Under the pieces are notes generated by a model. That model did no database searches. It was not told where the DNA came from and saw nothing but the letters and a program-made list of their open reading frames with translations. The position numbers and the translations under genes are program-made. This document shows positions 21,008 through 30,756 of a DNA stretch of 64,000 nucleotides, piece after piece. The first letter of the stretch is position 1; the number at the start of each line of letters is the position of its first letter. This stretch comes from a virus. The stretch lies in the IMG/VR virus record IMGVR_UViG_3300017917_002938, positions 32,001 through 96,000 of that record. One strand, 5' to 3'.

Positions 21008-21721
21008 TTAAACCCCATGATTAATCAACTGTTCGTGATTAATAATTGATCTCTCAACCATGTCACGTACATATGGTTCTCTTAAGTCAAAATAAACCAT
21101 CAGCGTCGATCTTACTTCATTACTTCTATTGTAAACGTTGTGATGATCGAACGAATTGAAGTAGTAAGCTTTCCCTGCAGGTAACTTACCACACTTCAAA
21201 CTTTTAAACCAATTTGGTTTGTAAAATCTCTTGTACCACTTAAACTCATTACTATCAATGACACAATAATCAAATTCTTCTGGCATGTAGATAGGAATCT
21301 GAACAGTAATAATGTATGGAGGTTGACCGTGTTCAATTACATGACTATGCCATAACAAAGAACGTTTTGGATCAATTCTCATGTACCTTACACGTGTACG
21401 AACTTCACCACCGTTCATCTCACGCATCAGTGACATAGTGTACGGGCATAACTTAGCTGCTTCAGTAGGTTTAAATTGTTCTATTGTACGAACAATATCA
21501 CCTTCGTGTAGATCTGTATATAATCCCCCATCGGTACTGATAAGACCAATACCTGACCAACTTTTAGAATAATAATTTCGTACTAATTTATATTTGGTTT
21601 CATAACGATGAAATTCATATGCAGCAGATACAGCGTCGTATTCCTTACGCAAGAGGTCGATATCAATATGATGGTCTAACTCAAGCCACGGTAGCTCTCT
21701 CAGCTTCTCTATTACATCCAT
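21008..21721 (-). CDS. 2OG-Fe(II) oxygenase, aspartyl/asparaginyl beta-hydroxylase-like
   Basis: RVRYMRIDPKRSLLWHSH..YYFNSFDHHNVYNRSNEVR cupin pattern. Confidence 0.65.
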   Translation of the reverse strand: MDVIEKLRELPWLELDHHIDIDLLRKEYDAVSAAYEFHRYETKYKLVRNYYSKSWSGIGLISTDGGLYTDLHEGDIVRTIEQFKPTEAAKLCPYTMSLMREMNGGEVRTRVRYMRIDPKRSLLWHSHVIEHGQPPYIITVQIPIYMPEEFDYCVIDSNEFKWYKRFYKPNWFKSLKCGKLPAGKAYYFNSFDHHNVYNRSNEVRSTLMVYFDLREPYVRDMVERSIINHEQLINHGV

Positions 21722-21726
21722 TCCTA

Positions 21727-22320
21727 TTACTCATTATCACTGAACTTGTTAAGAACAATTTGTTTCATCTTCTGCCTATCATACTGAAAGAATGGTCGGT
21801 ACTTCTTACATTTAAGATGTACTTGTGGCCAGATGATAGGCTCTTCTATTCTACGCGACCATACTTTAAAAAATCCAGCCAAGTCATCTAGTATGATAAG
21901 TGTTTCAATCCTTATTTCATTACGAAGATACTTTCGTAGAGCAGGCGGATGTTGACCGTCAGTTACAATAAAATTACTATTAAAATCCGAATCTAGATTG
22001 TTAAGGTCTTCTGTAAAGATATAGGAGAGGGACTCCCTTACCTTCATCATCTCACGATAACGTTTATCTGCTTCTTGATTATTAACTAAATTTCCTACCC
22101 AGTCATCTCCACTGTATACGAAATTAGCAACTAGGTAGTCCAATACAGATTTTTGTTTTGAAAGTTTATGGAAAAAGTATTTGTCGGTTCTTTTTTCAAA
22201 TGTACTTTTACTTGCACGTACTGCTCCATTATACTTGAAGTAGTCATAATATTTTGTATAAAAGTGGCTCTTGAGAGCACAGTACATTTTATACGCGTCA
22301 AATGCGTCCATTTTTACCAA
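21727..22320 (-). CDS. Helicase loader (T4 gp59)
   Basis: YKMYCALKSHF..YDYFKYNG..FEKRTDKYFFHKLSK..KKYRPF; upstream of gp32. Confidence 0.9.
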   Translation of the reverse strand: MVKMDAFDAYKMYCALKSHFYTKYYDYFKYNGAVRASKSTFEKRTDKYFFHKLSKQKSVLDYLVANFVYSGDDWVGNLVNNQEADKRYREMMKVRESLSYIFTEDLNNLDSDFNSNFIVTDGQHPPALRKYLRNEIRIETLIILDDLAGFFKVWSRRIEEPIIWPQVHLKCKKYRPFFQYDRQKMKQIVLNKFSDNE

Positions 22321-22925
22321 AGCTTATATGTCACCTGAAATGAGGAATTTCTTCCGTACGTTTTGATACTCTTGTTAGTATAATCAATGAAGCCATGTTT
22401 AGCAAACAACTTGTCCCACCATGGTTTCTCTTCTAATGTATGATGATAGCCTTCGTCTTGAAAGGTAGCAATGGATGCAAGAAATAATCCTCCAGGTTTA
22501 AGATTAGATTTAATACCTTCTATAACCTTATCAAGATCTTCTGCTTTGATATGTTCCATAACATCATAAGCTGATATTACATCAAATTGAAATTTAGATC
22601 CACTCTCGTCTTCAAAATACCAAGGTTTTGTAACATCAGCAGTAAAAAGATTATCAGGAATAGTAGCCCACTCTGCACGTTTGTTCTTTAGAGGATGGTC
22701 ACTGCCCTCTACCCCTACTGCAATTTGACCTTGTTCAAGAAACTGAGCTACAAAACCTCCTCCGGAGCATCCGATATCACAATAGGACACTTTACCATTG
22801 AACAATTCAATAACTTCCTTGACGTATGTTTCATTTTTTGTATTGTCGTTAGCAGCACCTTTTGGTTCTATATGGTCCTGACTTTCATATGCAACGGGAT
22901 GATTAGTAACAATGTTTAACCTCAA
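22314..22925 (-). CDS. Class I SAM-dependent methyltransferase
   Basis: DIGCSGG motif I, FDVISAYDVMEHI, LKPGG. Confidence 0.85.
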   Translation of the reverse strand: MRLNIVTNHPVAYESQDHIEPKGAANDNTKNETYVKEVIELFNGKVSYCDIGCSGGGFVAQFLEQGQIAVGVEGSDHPLKNKRAEWATIPDNLFTADVTKPWYFEDESGSKFQFDVISAYDVMEHIKAEDLDKVIEGIKSNLKPGGLFLASIATFQDEGYHHTLEEKPWWDKLFAKHGFIDYTNKSIKTYGRNSSFQVTYKLW

Positions 22926-22934
22926 TTTTATCTC

Positions 22935-23171
22935 CTAGATTGGTAGCTTACGTGACTTTGGAAGGTAGTTATTTTCCTCAGCCTCGTTTTGTATTTTCGC
23001 TTTCATTTTTGCGCTTCCTTTGATCAAGGAAGCTGCGGTTTCAATTTCAATATCGTTTTGTTGACAGTACATTATTACTGCGTCGATGTACTCCATTTTC
23101 TTCTCAGCAACCAGCTTCTCTATCTCTTGCATAAACGTGGTTGGGGATCTTTCAAAATTAACTACGTCCAT
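22935..23171 (-). CDS. Late-promoter transcription coactivator (T4 gp33)
   Basis: FMQEIEKLV..EYIDAVIMYCQQNDIEIET..KIQNEAEENNYLPK. Confidence 0.9.
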   Translation of the reverse strand: MDVVNFERSPTTFMQEIEKLVAEKKMEYIDAVIMYCQQNDIEIETAASLIKGSAKMKAKIQNEAEENNYLPKSRKLPI

Positions 23172-23509
23172 TATTTAAACACAATCATAGCAAGAAGTAT
23201 AGCATGAGTGATGAACCCTCCGCCAATCGTAACGATGTTAAGGATGTCTTTGTTGATCAGAGCTTTGATGAAGAACAAGAACAACCCTCCCCATAAGAAG
23301 AAAACAACATCCAATGACGGCATGTTATCGCTATACCCTACTAACAATGCCAGGACGGAAGGAATGGTAGCGCAGTGTAGCATGACATACCCTAACCATT
23401 CTACAAACTTAGCTGATAAATGGCTTAGACTATAATTTATAACACGGGACGCCCATTCTACAAAGCTTTCCATCTTAGCAGCGAGCGGTGTAATGTTTTC
23501 AAGTGCCAT
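23171..23509 (-). CDS. Small membrane protein (3 TM)
   Basis: Three hydrophobic segments; coupled to neighbouring genes. Confidence 0.65.
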   Translation of the reverse strand: MALENITPLAAKMESFVEWASRVINYSLSHLSAKFVEWLGYVMLHCATIPSVLALLVGYSDNMPSLDVVFFLWGGLFLFFIKALINKDILNIVTIGGGFITHAILLAMIVFK

Positions 23510-24083
23510 CGTTTCTACCCTTATAAAAAATATGTGTTCCTATCTTACCAATCTTTTCTAGATTCCATTTCGGATTTACATAATCAGCATGATAGTACAA
23601 CGCTTCTTTTAAACCGTCAATGCGGAAGTTTTCCAATAAAACTTTTTTAGCTACTTCCTGACTCTCGTTATACAGGACAGGGTGGACAATTTTCTTTTTA
23701 TGACTCTGCTCACAGAACCAAGAAAATTGACATACTACCTTGTCATATATTACATTTTTTTGATATACTACAGCACAAACATTGCTAGGGAACTTGCCTG
23801 AGTTAACTCTATTCAAAGTAACTTGAGCTACCGCAACCTTGCCTTCGAATGGCTCTGTTGCTGCCTCCCAATAAATGTTCTTGGTTAGACAGTCTAGTTG
23901 CTTTGTTGTCTCGCTAGCAGTAACACCAATAGGCATTCTAGCTGTATTGTAGTAAGATTGAACCTTAGTATCGTACGCATACTTAATTACCTTCAATGCA
24001 AAAAAGGCTCCTAGTATGATCGCTATCGATAGTAAAATGTTAGAGATTGTTCTATGTTTGAACAATACTATACCCTTAAACAT
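23499..24083 (-). CDS. Cell wall hydrolase (SleB/Hydrolase_2) with N-terminal TM anchor
   Basis: CLTKNIYWEA..GKVAVAQVTLNRV..FP..VC.VVYQ..CQFSW..YYHADYVNPKW..IGTHIFY. Confidence 0.9.
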   Translation of the reverse strand: MFKGIVLFKHRTISNILLSIAIILGAFFALKVIKYAYDTKVQSYYNTARMPIGVTASETTKQLDCLTKNIYWEAATEPFEGKVAVAQVTLNRVNSGKFPSNVCAVVYQKNVIYDKVVCQFSWFCEQSHKKKIVHPVLYNESQEVAKKVLLENFRIDGLKEALYYHADYVNPKWNLEKIGKIGTHIFYKGRNDGT

Positions 24084-24303
24084 AAGTCCTCCTTATATGG
24101 GTAAATTATAACTACTTTGTGTTATTAAATCTAGCGGTACGTTGGTAGATTTGACAAGTAGTTAATCATCATAGGAGCGGCGAAGTGTGCCATTAGCATC
24201 CAGATGACGATAAAAGCGAAGGGATCCATAGTCCTCCTGTTAATGTCGTGCGACATGGTAGAAGTATATATGGATCCCGAGAAGAGGAGTTAACCTCTAT
24301 TGA

Positions 24304-24756
24304 TTAAAATGCAAATTTGACACCAGCATTTACTGAGCTACCATCAAAGCTGTCGATGCGAGATTGTCCTAGTTGATAGCGATAATCTGCTGTTAAAGCT
24401 ACTGATTTAGTAATTGAATAGCTTGCGCCAGCACCTACTAGCCAAGCATACCCATCAGAGCCTGTGCGGTTATTAATAAAACCTGCACCTCCCTTTGCGG
24501 TAAGTACGATAGGTCCTACTTTGGTAATATCTACAGTACCTAGAACGGAATATCGTTCTTGTTCGATACCACTGTTGCGAAATTGATCGTAAGCGAGCTC
24601 GAACCCAGTATCACCACTTTTCTTTCCGAGGGTAATACCAACAGATGATCTATCGGTTCCTGCGAAACGTTCTCCTCCGTTAATTCCTAGCTCGAATGCT
24701 GAAGCGGCCGTAGCGCTCAAAAACAAAATAGAAAAAATAGCCGTTTTAAACTTCAT
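24304..24756 (-). CDS. Outer-membrane beta-barrel protein (OmpA/Ail-Lom-like)
   Basis: Start re-assigned to MKFKTAIF (signal peptide ending ASA); amphipathic strands; terminal Phe (AGVKFAF). Confidence 0.8.
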   Translation of the reverse strand: MKFKTAIFSILFLSATAASAFELGINGGERFAGTDRSSVGITLGKKSGDTGFELAYDQFRNSGIEQERYSVLGTVDITKVGPIVLTAKGGAGFINNRTGSDGYAWLVGAGASYSITKSVALTADYRYQLGQSRIDSFDGSSVNAGVKFAF

Positions 24757-24784
24757 GAATAGCCTTTCAATGTTATGATAAAAA

Positions 24785-25091
24785 GAGAAGTTTTTATTCT
24801 GTTGCCAAGTCAAAAACCTCTCCACAAAAAACTCCGGTCAGCGGTTAGGCTGCCAGTGCAAATCTTTCATCGTTTGCGTTTACTTTTTTTGCTTGATTTA
24901 CGGTCATCGCCTACCGTGTTGCCGTCTCTACTATCTACCCCTGTCGAAACCATGACTGGCCCATTAGAAAGAACTCTTTAGTATAGTCTGTAGCACTTGT
25001 CTGTCTCTATACAGGATGAAGAATTCTTTCTGGTGGACCAGGCGGGAGTCGAACCCGCGTCCAGAAGTCCTTCGCTTTGAAGGGATCACAA
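24785..25091 (-). ncRNA. ssrA: Two-piece (permuted) tmRNA; tag ANDERFALAA
   Basis: Acceptor piece ends ..GACGCGGGTTCGACTCCCGCCTGGTCCACCA at 25031; coding piece starts GGGCCAGTCATGGTTTCGAC at 24962; GGGCCAG/CTGGTCC stem with G3:U70; tag ORF 24877-24845; outer ends approximate. Confidence 0.92.
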
Positions 25092-25098
25092 CAATTCT

Positions 25099-25308
25099 TT
25101 ACTTAGGTGCGCCGGTTGGCTCGGCCTTCTTGTGTGTTTTGATCTTCTTACACTCTTGAACTTTTTTCCCGTCCTTGCCTACGACAGGCTTACCATCTTT
25201 ACCTACTTTATCATGACATACTTCTTTAACTACTGCTTCTGCATGCACTGGTGCAATAGAAGTAACTAAAAATAGTGATAATGCAATGGTTGACAATTGT
25301 TTTAACAT
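25099..25308 (-). CDS. Small secreted Lys-rich protein
   Basis: Signal peptide, two Cys, AGGAG RBS. Confidence 0.65.
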   Translation of the reverse strand: MLKQLSTIALSLFLVTSIAPVHAEAVVKEVCHDKVGKDGKPVVGKDGKKVQECKKIKTHKKAEPTGAPK

Positions 25309-25391
25309 GTTATCTCCTGTTTAATACCGTTCTATACGGTAAGCTTATTTATCAGCAAGAGAACCGAGTCTCCCCGGTTCTCTCTAAGCTA

Positions 25392-26327
25392 TCAGGCTGC
25401 TTCAGCGTATTCTACTGCCTTCTCAAGTGCCTTTACCTTCAATGTCTTGTTAGGACCGTACCAGGCAGATGTCAGACGAGTGTCTGCTGAACGTCCTACC
25501 AGATGGTCAGTCAGAAACGTTACTGCATTGAACGGCTGCCACCAAGTTCCTTCGGCGTACTTAGCCCCAGGCTGTCTTTCAATCAAGTCCAATGCCTTGA
25601 TAGCATTACGAGAAAGTTCTTTGTTCTCTTTACCTGACAATGATGGGAATACTTCCATGAAATACTCTTTCACTTTGTCTTGCTTAAAGCGCTTCGATCC
25701 AAGGAATTGAGCCATCTCTTTGTACTTGGCTAGCTTATGTGTAGCGATGCCAAGCTGTTCCTTTACTTTAGTAGCATCAAAGGCAGTACGGTGAGATACC
25801 TTAACCATATTGTCATTCTTTGACGCAAGACTCAAAGTAAGCGTATTGTTGCAAACAACTCGAACTGGAGTAAAGCGAACATCGATAGATTGACCAAACT
25901 TATGAGGATTAGTAAAAAGTAGATATGAGTCCACTTGATCACCCTTGAACAGTTCAAATGAGTCTTTGACCTTAGCAAGAGCCCACACAATCTGACCACC
26001 CTTAAGCGAACCAGCTGTATGCATTTCAAGATCACCTGTACGGCAATATTCATCGAAGAATTCGAATGCTTCAGCGTTTTGAACTGGGTTCCAGTCACTG
26101 GAGACAACGTCAAGGATTTTGTCATCAGAGTCTCGAACTAGTGCAGACCAACCTACGTTAACACTTCGTCCTGCCACCTCTGCGAACGCTGGTGCTTTGG
26201 TAACTTGCCAGTCCAGCTTGGCTTTTCGTAACATCTGTTCTGGAGATAGATCTGCGGGTACTTTTTCACCCAGACCGTGCCAAGGTACTTCTCCTGCGTA
26301 AGCCATCGTTTCGATTAAATGAGCCAT
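25392..26327 (-). CDS. DUF932 (LGT_TIGR03299-like) protein
   Basis: MAYAGEVPWHGLG..VQNAEAFEFF..TAGSLKGG..TPVRVVCNNTL. Confidence 0.88.
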   Translation of the reverse strand: MAHLIETMAYAGEVPWHGLGEKVPADLSPEQMLRKAKLDWQVTKAPAFAEVAGRSVNVGWSALVRDSDDKILDVVSSDWNPVQNAEAFEFFDEYCRTGDLEMHTAGSLKGGQIVWALAKVKDSFELFKGDQVDSYLLFTNPHKFGQSIDVRFTPVRVVCNNTLTLSLASKNDNMVKVSHRTAFDATKVKEQLGIATHKLAKYKEMAQFLGSKRFKQDKVKEYFMEVFPSLSGKENKELSRNAIKALDLIERQPGAKYAEGTWWQPFNAVTFLTDHLVGRSADTRLTSAWYGPNKTLKVKALEKAVEYAEAA

Positions 26328-26358
26328 TTTAACTTCCTTTCACGTTGAACATATTTAT

Positions 26359-26387
26359 ATTGTATTCGCGGGACGAAAATAAATCAA
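26359..26387 (-). promoter_or_regulatory. Phage early sigma70-type promoter, overlapping a late TATAAATA (26352-26359)
   Basis: TTGATT-17-TACAAT. Confidence 0.75.
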
Positions 26388-26468
26388 GCGTTTTGTATGA
26401 ATGTCAAAAGCTGACTTAGTAGGTGTGGTTTATACACAAACGTAGCTATGACGAAGCCTGCGATAAAG

Positions 26469-26900
26469 TTAATCATTATAAGCCTCCTCTTCCTCTTCGT
26501 AGTCATATTCTGGATCAGTCTCGATCAAGAGATGACCAATACGAATGATACCGTCCCAGTCACGATTTAACTCTGCTCTTCCTCCAGACGTAGAGAATGG
26601 ATGTTCAAACTCAACTATAGTGCCACCGTCAAGGAAGTTACTTGGGCATGTCTGATCAATATCTTCAAGACGAATACAACCTATCAAGCCTGCATCTACG
26701 CTGTAGCGGTTACCTTTCTGGTCTCGGTATTCACCATCACCCCATTTAGTACCGAAGGTAGCAAAACGGCGACCGTCTTTCAAATTGAACTCACCATCTA
26801 GACATTGGTGTCCTTTAATCGTAAGGTCGCAGAACTCATCCCATTCATTATGCATGACGTAACACAGATCTCCGACATAGTACTTACCTGCAGGCATCAT
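26469..26900 (-). CDS. Conserved hypothetical phage protein
   Basis: ATG at 26900 after AGGAG; YYVGDLCYVM..GDG.Y..VDAGLIGCI. Confidence 0.7.
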   Translation of the reverse strand: MMPAGKYYVGDLCYVMHNEWDEFCDLTIKGHQCLDGEFNLKDGRRFATFGTKWGDGEYRDQKGNRYSVDAGLIGCIRLEDIDQTCPSNFLDGGTIVEFEHPFSTSGGRAELNRDWDGIIRIGHLLIETDPEYDYEEEEEAYND

Positions 26901-26932
26901 ATCAAATCTCCTTTTCAACAATTGATATATTA

Positions 26933-26962
26933 ATTATAGCGCGCTCGCGTAATTAAATCAAC
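26933..26962 (-). promoter_or_regulatory. Phage early promoter
   Basis: GTTGATTTAATT..TATAAT, 17-nt spacer. Confidence 0.8.
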
Positions 26963-26986
26963 TGTTTTAGAAGTAACTATTTTTAG

Positions 26987-27598
26987 TTAAACCACGAATT
27001 CTGTGGTGTCGTTCTCACATGCCCATAGAGTGGCTATAATTTTAGTGCCTTTTATGACTTTTTCACCTGCATGAATAGTCATGTCATTTACTACTTGAAA
27101 AGGATAGTTATATTTGAAGACAAGCATGTCGCCTTTGGAAGGGAGAACTGCAAATTTTAGTTTACTGAATGACGTGGCCCCGCCTTCGTCGGGGGTGCGT
27201 AAGTAAACAATTGCAGTAGCTATACGCTGACCTTCTTTCTTGATGTTGGGGTTTTTTTCAATCACAGATTGATCGTAGAAGTCATAATGATTTTTGTACT
27301 CTTGACCTTCTTCGTATTTTGTGAGAGTAACCCTTTGCATGGTTTTTGTAGGTCTTCCTATAATCTTGGAAAACTTTCTATGCATGTAGTGAGAAATAAA
27401 ATCATTACGGTACATAAAAAAAGAGGAACTAGTTCTCCATGAAGGATCTAATTCACTTTCAGATGTATAGACATTAACTACTTTAGATTGTTTGAAGTAT
27501 TTGTCATACTTCCAGCAAACGAAGTCACAAAAAAAGCCGGAGAACGCTCCCTCGTAGAGCGTTACTTCCGGCATATCGTTCAGTATTTCTTTTTTCAT
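26987..27598 (-). CDS. Prolyl-4-hydroxylase-like 2OG-Fe(II) oxygenase
   Basis: KYEEGQEYKNHYD..RIATAIVYL..GGATSF..HAGEKV..K; start moved to MKKEIL because the longer ORF overlaps a tRNA. Confidence 0.85.
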   Translation of the reverse strand: MKKEILNDMPEVTLYEGAFSGFFCDFVCWKYDKYFKQSKVVNVYTSESELDPSWRTSSSFFMYRNDFISHYMHRKFSKIIGRPTKTMQRVTLTKYEEGQEYKNHYDFYDQSVIEKNPNIKKEGQRIATAIVYLRTPDEGGATSFSKLKFAVLPSKGDMLVFKYNYPFQVVNDMTIHAGEKVIKGTKIIATLWACENDTTEFVV

Positions 27599-27603
27599 GT
27601 TAG

Positions 27604-27678
27604 TGGTGGGCTGACTAGGAATTGAACCTAGACTCAATCGATTATGAGTCGACTGCTTTACCATTAAGCTATCAGCCC
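27604..27678 (-). tRNA. tRNA-Ile2(CAT)
   Basis: Cloverleaf; GTCGACTCATAATCGAT anticodon arm like lysidine-accepting ileX; CCA encoded. Confidence 0.8.
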
Positions 27679-28337
27679 GTATTATTTAAAAGTTGATCGG
27701 TAAATTCTAATAGTAATTTATGTTGCCTGCCTTCATGATACAACCCTCTCATCCAGCTATGAATGGTGTACCAGTAACGTTGACTTTCTGGATGACAACC
27801 TATAAGGCCGATGTTGTTTTGAATTGCTGCCATAACATCACCATTCTTATACCTGGCAACAGTTTTAAACATGCTTTCGTTTCCTACTATAGCACAACCG
27901 TCAAAAAAGAACATCCTTTCTTTGTTACCGTTCCATTCAACTTCTATATTTTTTGCATGAGGGCGTCTTGTATCAGTTCCTGGTCTCCGTATATATTGAA
28001 CAGTATCGGCTTCTTTTAGTATATTAAAATAGTGCTTACCGGCCCAATATGCTCCCATACAAATGCCAAGGTACTTGCCTCCTCCGTTTACAAATTTCAT
28101 TACGTGATCGTGATTTTCTCTCATCAAGTAATCAAACGAATCGGAGGATCCTTCCCCTCCAGGAAAAATCACTACATCAACGTCATCAAAAAAATCATCC
28201 TCAACTTGATGTCGAGTAAATATTTTAAATTTGTAGTGTGGTGTAAGTGATTCTATTGTTCCGTTAACGCATTGTATGGAACACTTTGGATGATGTAAAA
28301 ATATTGCTGCCGTTGTGTGCTTGTATGTCAAAGACAT
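27672..28337 (-). CDS. BPL_N / class I glutamine-amidotransferase-like protein
   Basis: [24 protein letters not shown]. Confidence 0.8.
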   Translation of the reverse strand: MSLTYKHTTAAIFLHHPKCSIQCVNGTIESLTPHYKFKIFTRHQVEDDFFDDVDVVIFPGGEGSSDSFDYLMRENHDHVMKFVNGGGKYLGICMGAYWAGKHYFNILKEADTVQYIRRPGTDTRRPHAKNIEVEWNGNKERMFFFDGCAIVGNESMFKTVARYKNGDVMAAIQNNIGLIGCHPESQRYWYTIHSWMRGLYHEGRQHKLLLEFTDQLLNNTG

Positions 28338-28350
28338 AACCTCGTGTTGT

Positions 28351-28433
28351 TGGTACCCGAGACGGGATTCGAACCCGTACGCTTTTGGCGGGGGATTTTA
28401 AGTCCCCTGTGTCTACCGTTCCACCACCCGGGC
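28351..28433 (-). tRNA. tRNA-Leu(TAA)
   Basis: Cloverleaf with variable arm, CCA. Confidence 0.92.
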
Positions 28434-28438
28434 GACTA

Positions 28439-28657
28439 TTAATTGTTATTTTTCTTTACAAAATCTACAATCTTTTGAGCTTCTGTTAACACTGCCTCTA
28501 CAGTTGGTGGCTCTTCTTGGAAATCGGGACTAATCATTCCTGTCTGAGGGTTGCGAGTGCGTTCCATTTTGGAATAAAAAGACTGGTTTACTTGATCACG
28601 TGCAAGTTCTACCGCACGCACTACAAAATTAGACTCATTAGATTGATTGATAATCAT
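28439..28657 (-). CDS. Hypothetical protein
   Basis: AGGAG RBS; PTVEAVLTEAQKIVDFV. Confidence 0.6.
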   Translation of the reverse strand: MIINQSNESNFVVRAVELARDQVNQSFYSKMERTRNPQTGMISPDFQEEPPTVEAVLTEAQKIVDFVKKNNN

Positions 28658-28668
28658 TATAACTCCTA

Positions 28669-29325
28669 TTAACGAATTGTATATTGTCCGACAACTGCAC
28701 CAGGTTTTTGTAGTGTAGCATCGCGACGCTTCTTGTATTCCTCGTTGTCCACTTCAAGCAATTCAATTACACCATCAGAAGCACGAGACTGTTTATCTAG
28801 CTCTTTAAATTTCTTCTCTCTCAGCTCATTTCTAGAATTATTGTCAACGAGACGGCGGCTTTCATCGAGGGGGAGAGATAGGAGTACAAAAGCTCTATAA
28901 CCGTCTTTTTCTTTCGTTAGGAAAAGCTTTTCGCGTTTATACATTGAGAGTGATTGCTTAGTAACAATTTTAGAAACACGATCTACTTCCCTATCAATAC
29001 TTTTCATATCAGCAGTACCCTGTTCGTTTACTGACTCACGAATCATAGATTCTACTACTACGTTAACGCGATTGGCTAGTTCGACCCTGGCATTCATCAT
29101 TGCTTTGTCGATAGCAAATTGCATGTGTTTAGATACATCGGTTGCACTAACGTAGATCATTTTATCCGTAGTTAACGAGTCGTTGGTGTACCAATCAGGT
29201 ACCTCTCCTTTGAACTCAGCTACCGCTACCGTTTTTACTCCATCGGTAGTATTAGTTTTAAACGCTGAACATCCAGTCTCAAGAATACCAGCTGCGCACA
29301 GCAATAAAATTGTTAACATTCTCAT
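28669..29325 (-). CDS. Lipoprotein (LPP20-like)
   Basis: Lipobox-like TGC, VPDWY, QFAIDKAMMNARVELA. Confidence 0.65.
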   Translation of the reverse strand: MRMLTILLLCAAGILETGCSAFKTNTTDGVKTVAVAEFKGEVPDWYTNDSLTTDKMIYVSATDVSKHMQFAIDKAMMNARVELANRVNVVVESMIRESVNEQGTADMKSIDREVDRVSKIVTKQSLSMYKREKLFLTKEKDGYRAFVLLSLPLDESRRLVDNNSRNELREKKFKELDKQSRASDGVIELLEVDNEEYKKRRDATLQKPGAVVGQYTIR

Positions 29326-29334
29326 TTCACATCC

Positions 29335-30054
29335 TCATAGTCTAAAAATAGAATAATCCTTATAAACAACTCTTCGAGAGTACACCGGTAGAGTTTTAAT
29401 AAGCTCGTCCAAATGCTTCTTACTGATGTTATCGTAGTCGAAATTAAGCTTGGTCGACGTAAAAATAAACACCAATGTCTCTTTAGAGAAGTTAACGCCG
29501 TCTTTTAGTTTTGCTTCAATATGAATCGAGTTCAATTTATAAAAGTCGGAAGGAAAAATAAACTTACCGTTCACTACTCTATCCATATTATATTGAAGCG
29601 GATGAATTAAATCAACCCCATCTTTATAAACAGCAAAGACGTACATATGAACGGGTTGACGAGCATTAACGGTATACTCTACTATGTCACCGTTTTTAAA
29701 TTCACTCTTACCGTTTACTGTTACGTAGATTGATGCTGGATTATTTACTAAAACTTTCACTTCAGAATGACATATACCATTCCGTATGATTGTCTTTGAG
29801 GAAATTACTTTATTAATTTGACCCGCAGCATATGTCTCTGATTCTTTTTGATACTGACATGATGGGTCTTTGTTTTTAGTGTCTGCACAAACGTACGTTT
29901 CCACAGATTCAATAAGCATTCCGTTAGCTTGTTTAAGAGCGTGTTCAAATGCTTTTGACTCTGCAATTGCACAATTGTTATGTTCTCCCTTACCGTCATA
30001 TACCTGAGCGGTTACGACAGAAGGGAGAAGCAATGCTAGAAGTAATTTTTTCAT
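29335..30054 (-). CDS. Secreted protein, possible DUF4384-like C-terminal domain
   Basis: Signal peptide; GDIVEYTVNARQPVHMYVF..LIHP. Confidence 0.5.
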   Translation of the reverse strand: MKKLLLALLLPSVVTAQVYDGKGEHNNCAIAESKAFEHALKQANGMLIESVETYVCADTKNKDPSCQYQKESETYAAGQINKVISSKTIIRNGICHSEVKVLVNNPASIYVTVNGKSEFKNGDIVEYTVNARQPVHMYVFAVYKDGVDLIHPLQYNMDRVVNGKFIFPSDFYKLNSIHIEAKLKDGVNFSKETLVFIFTSTKLNFDYDNISKKHLDELIKTLPVYSRRVVYKDYSIFRL

Positions 30055-30060
30055 ACTAGT

Positions 30061-30090
30061 ATTGTAACGAAAATGAAAAAATAAAGCAAC
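30061..30090 (-). promoter_or_regulatory. Phage early promoter (leaderless transcript likely)
   Basis: GTTGCTTTATTT..TACAAT, 17-nt spacer; ATG 6 nt downstream. Confidence 0.7.
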
Positions 30091-30101
30091 TAGTTTATGT
30101 C

Positions 30102-30176
30102 TGGCCCGGCGTGAGGGAATCGAACCCCCATTCGCACTTTAGAAGAATGCTGTCCTATCCATTGAACGAACGCCAG
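30102..30176 (-). tRNA. tRNA-Arg(TCT)
   Basis: Cloverleaf, CCA. Confidence 0.9.
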
Positions 30177-30185
30177 GTATTGTTA

Positions 30186-30656
30186 TTATGCTGCTTTCAG
30201 AGATTTAAATCTATCGGCTGCATATGAGGCTGCGAAAGCTTCTGGTTTAACCAAAGGTACAACATTACATGTACCACGAATGTATCCAATAGCTTCATTC
30301 ACCACGCATGATGATCCGTGCATTTCGTTAGGGTTGATGTCAAGATGAACTTGAACATCTCTGCCTTCTAGTACATCAGCAAGCTTCAAATACAATTCAC
30401 TAACCTTATACACCTCATTCATTAGACGGTAACGTGGGCGATTAAACTTTTGATCGTAGTCACGTTCTTTTTGAATTTCACCAAATAGTTTACAACCGTT
30501 ATTACCGTTGATGTGAACGACAATAGCTAGAATGTAATCCGCCCACCATTCCTTACCAACTTTATATCTCTCAGAGTCACAACCAATATAGATTTTTGTT
30601 TCTGGAGATTGCGCCTGAATGAATTCTTTTACTTCTTCTAGATCAAGCTTACGCAT
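30186..30656 (-). CDS. RNase H-like YkuK/DUF458 protein
   Basis: IYIGCDS..RLMNEV..VHLDINP..VKPEAFAASYAADR. Confidence 0.85.
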   Translation of the reverse strand: MRKLDLEEVKEFIQAQSPETKIYIGCDSERYKVGKEWWADYILAIVVHINGNNGCKLFGEIQKERDYDQKFNRPRYRLMNEVYKVSELYLKLADVLEGRDVQVHLDINPNEMHGSSCVVNEAIGYIRGTCNVVPLVKPEAFAASYAADRFKSLKAA

Positions 30657-30671
30657 AGTACTACCTTTCTA

Positions 30672-30745
30672 TGGCACCCCGAGAGGGATTCGAACCCCCA
30701 CCAACGGTTTTGGAGACCGCAATGCTGCCGTTACACCATCGAGAT
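30672..30745 (-). tRNA. tRNA-Trp(CCA)
   Basis: Cloverleaf, CCA. Confidence 0.9.
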
Positions 30746-30756
30746 ACGTTTTTTAT

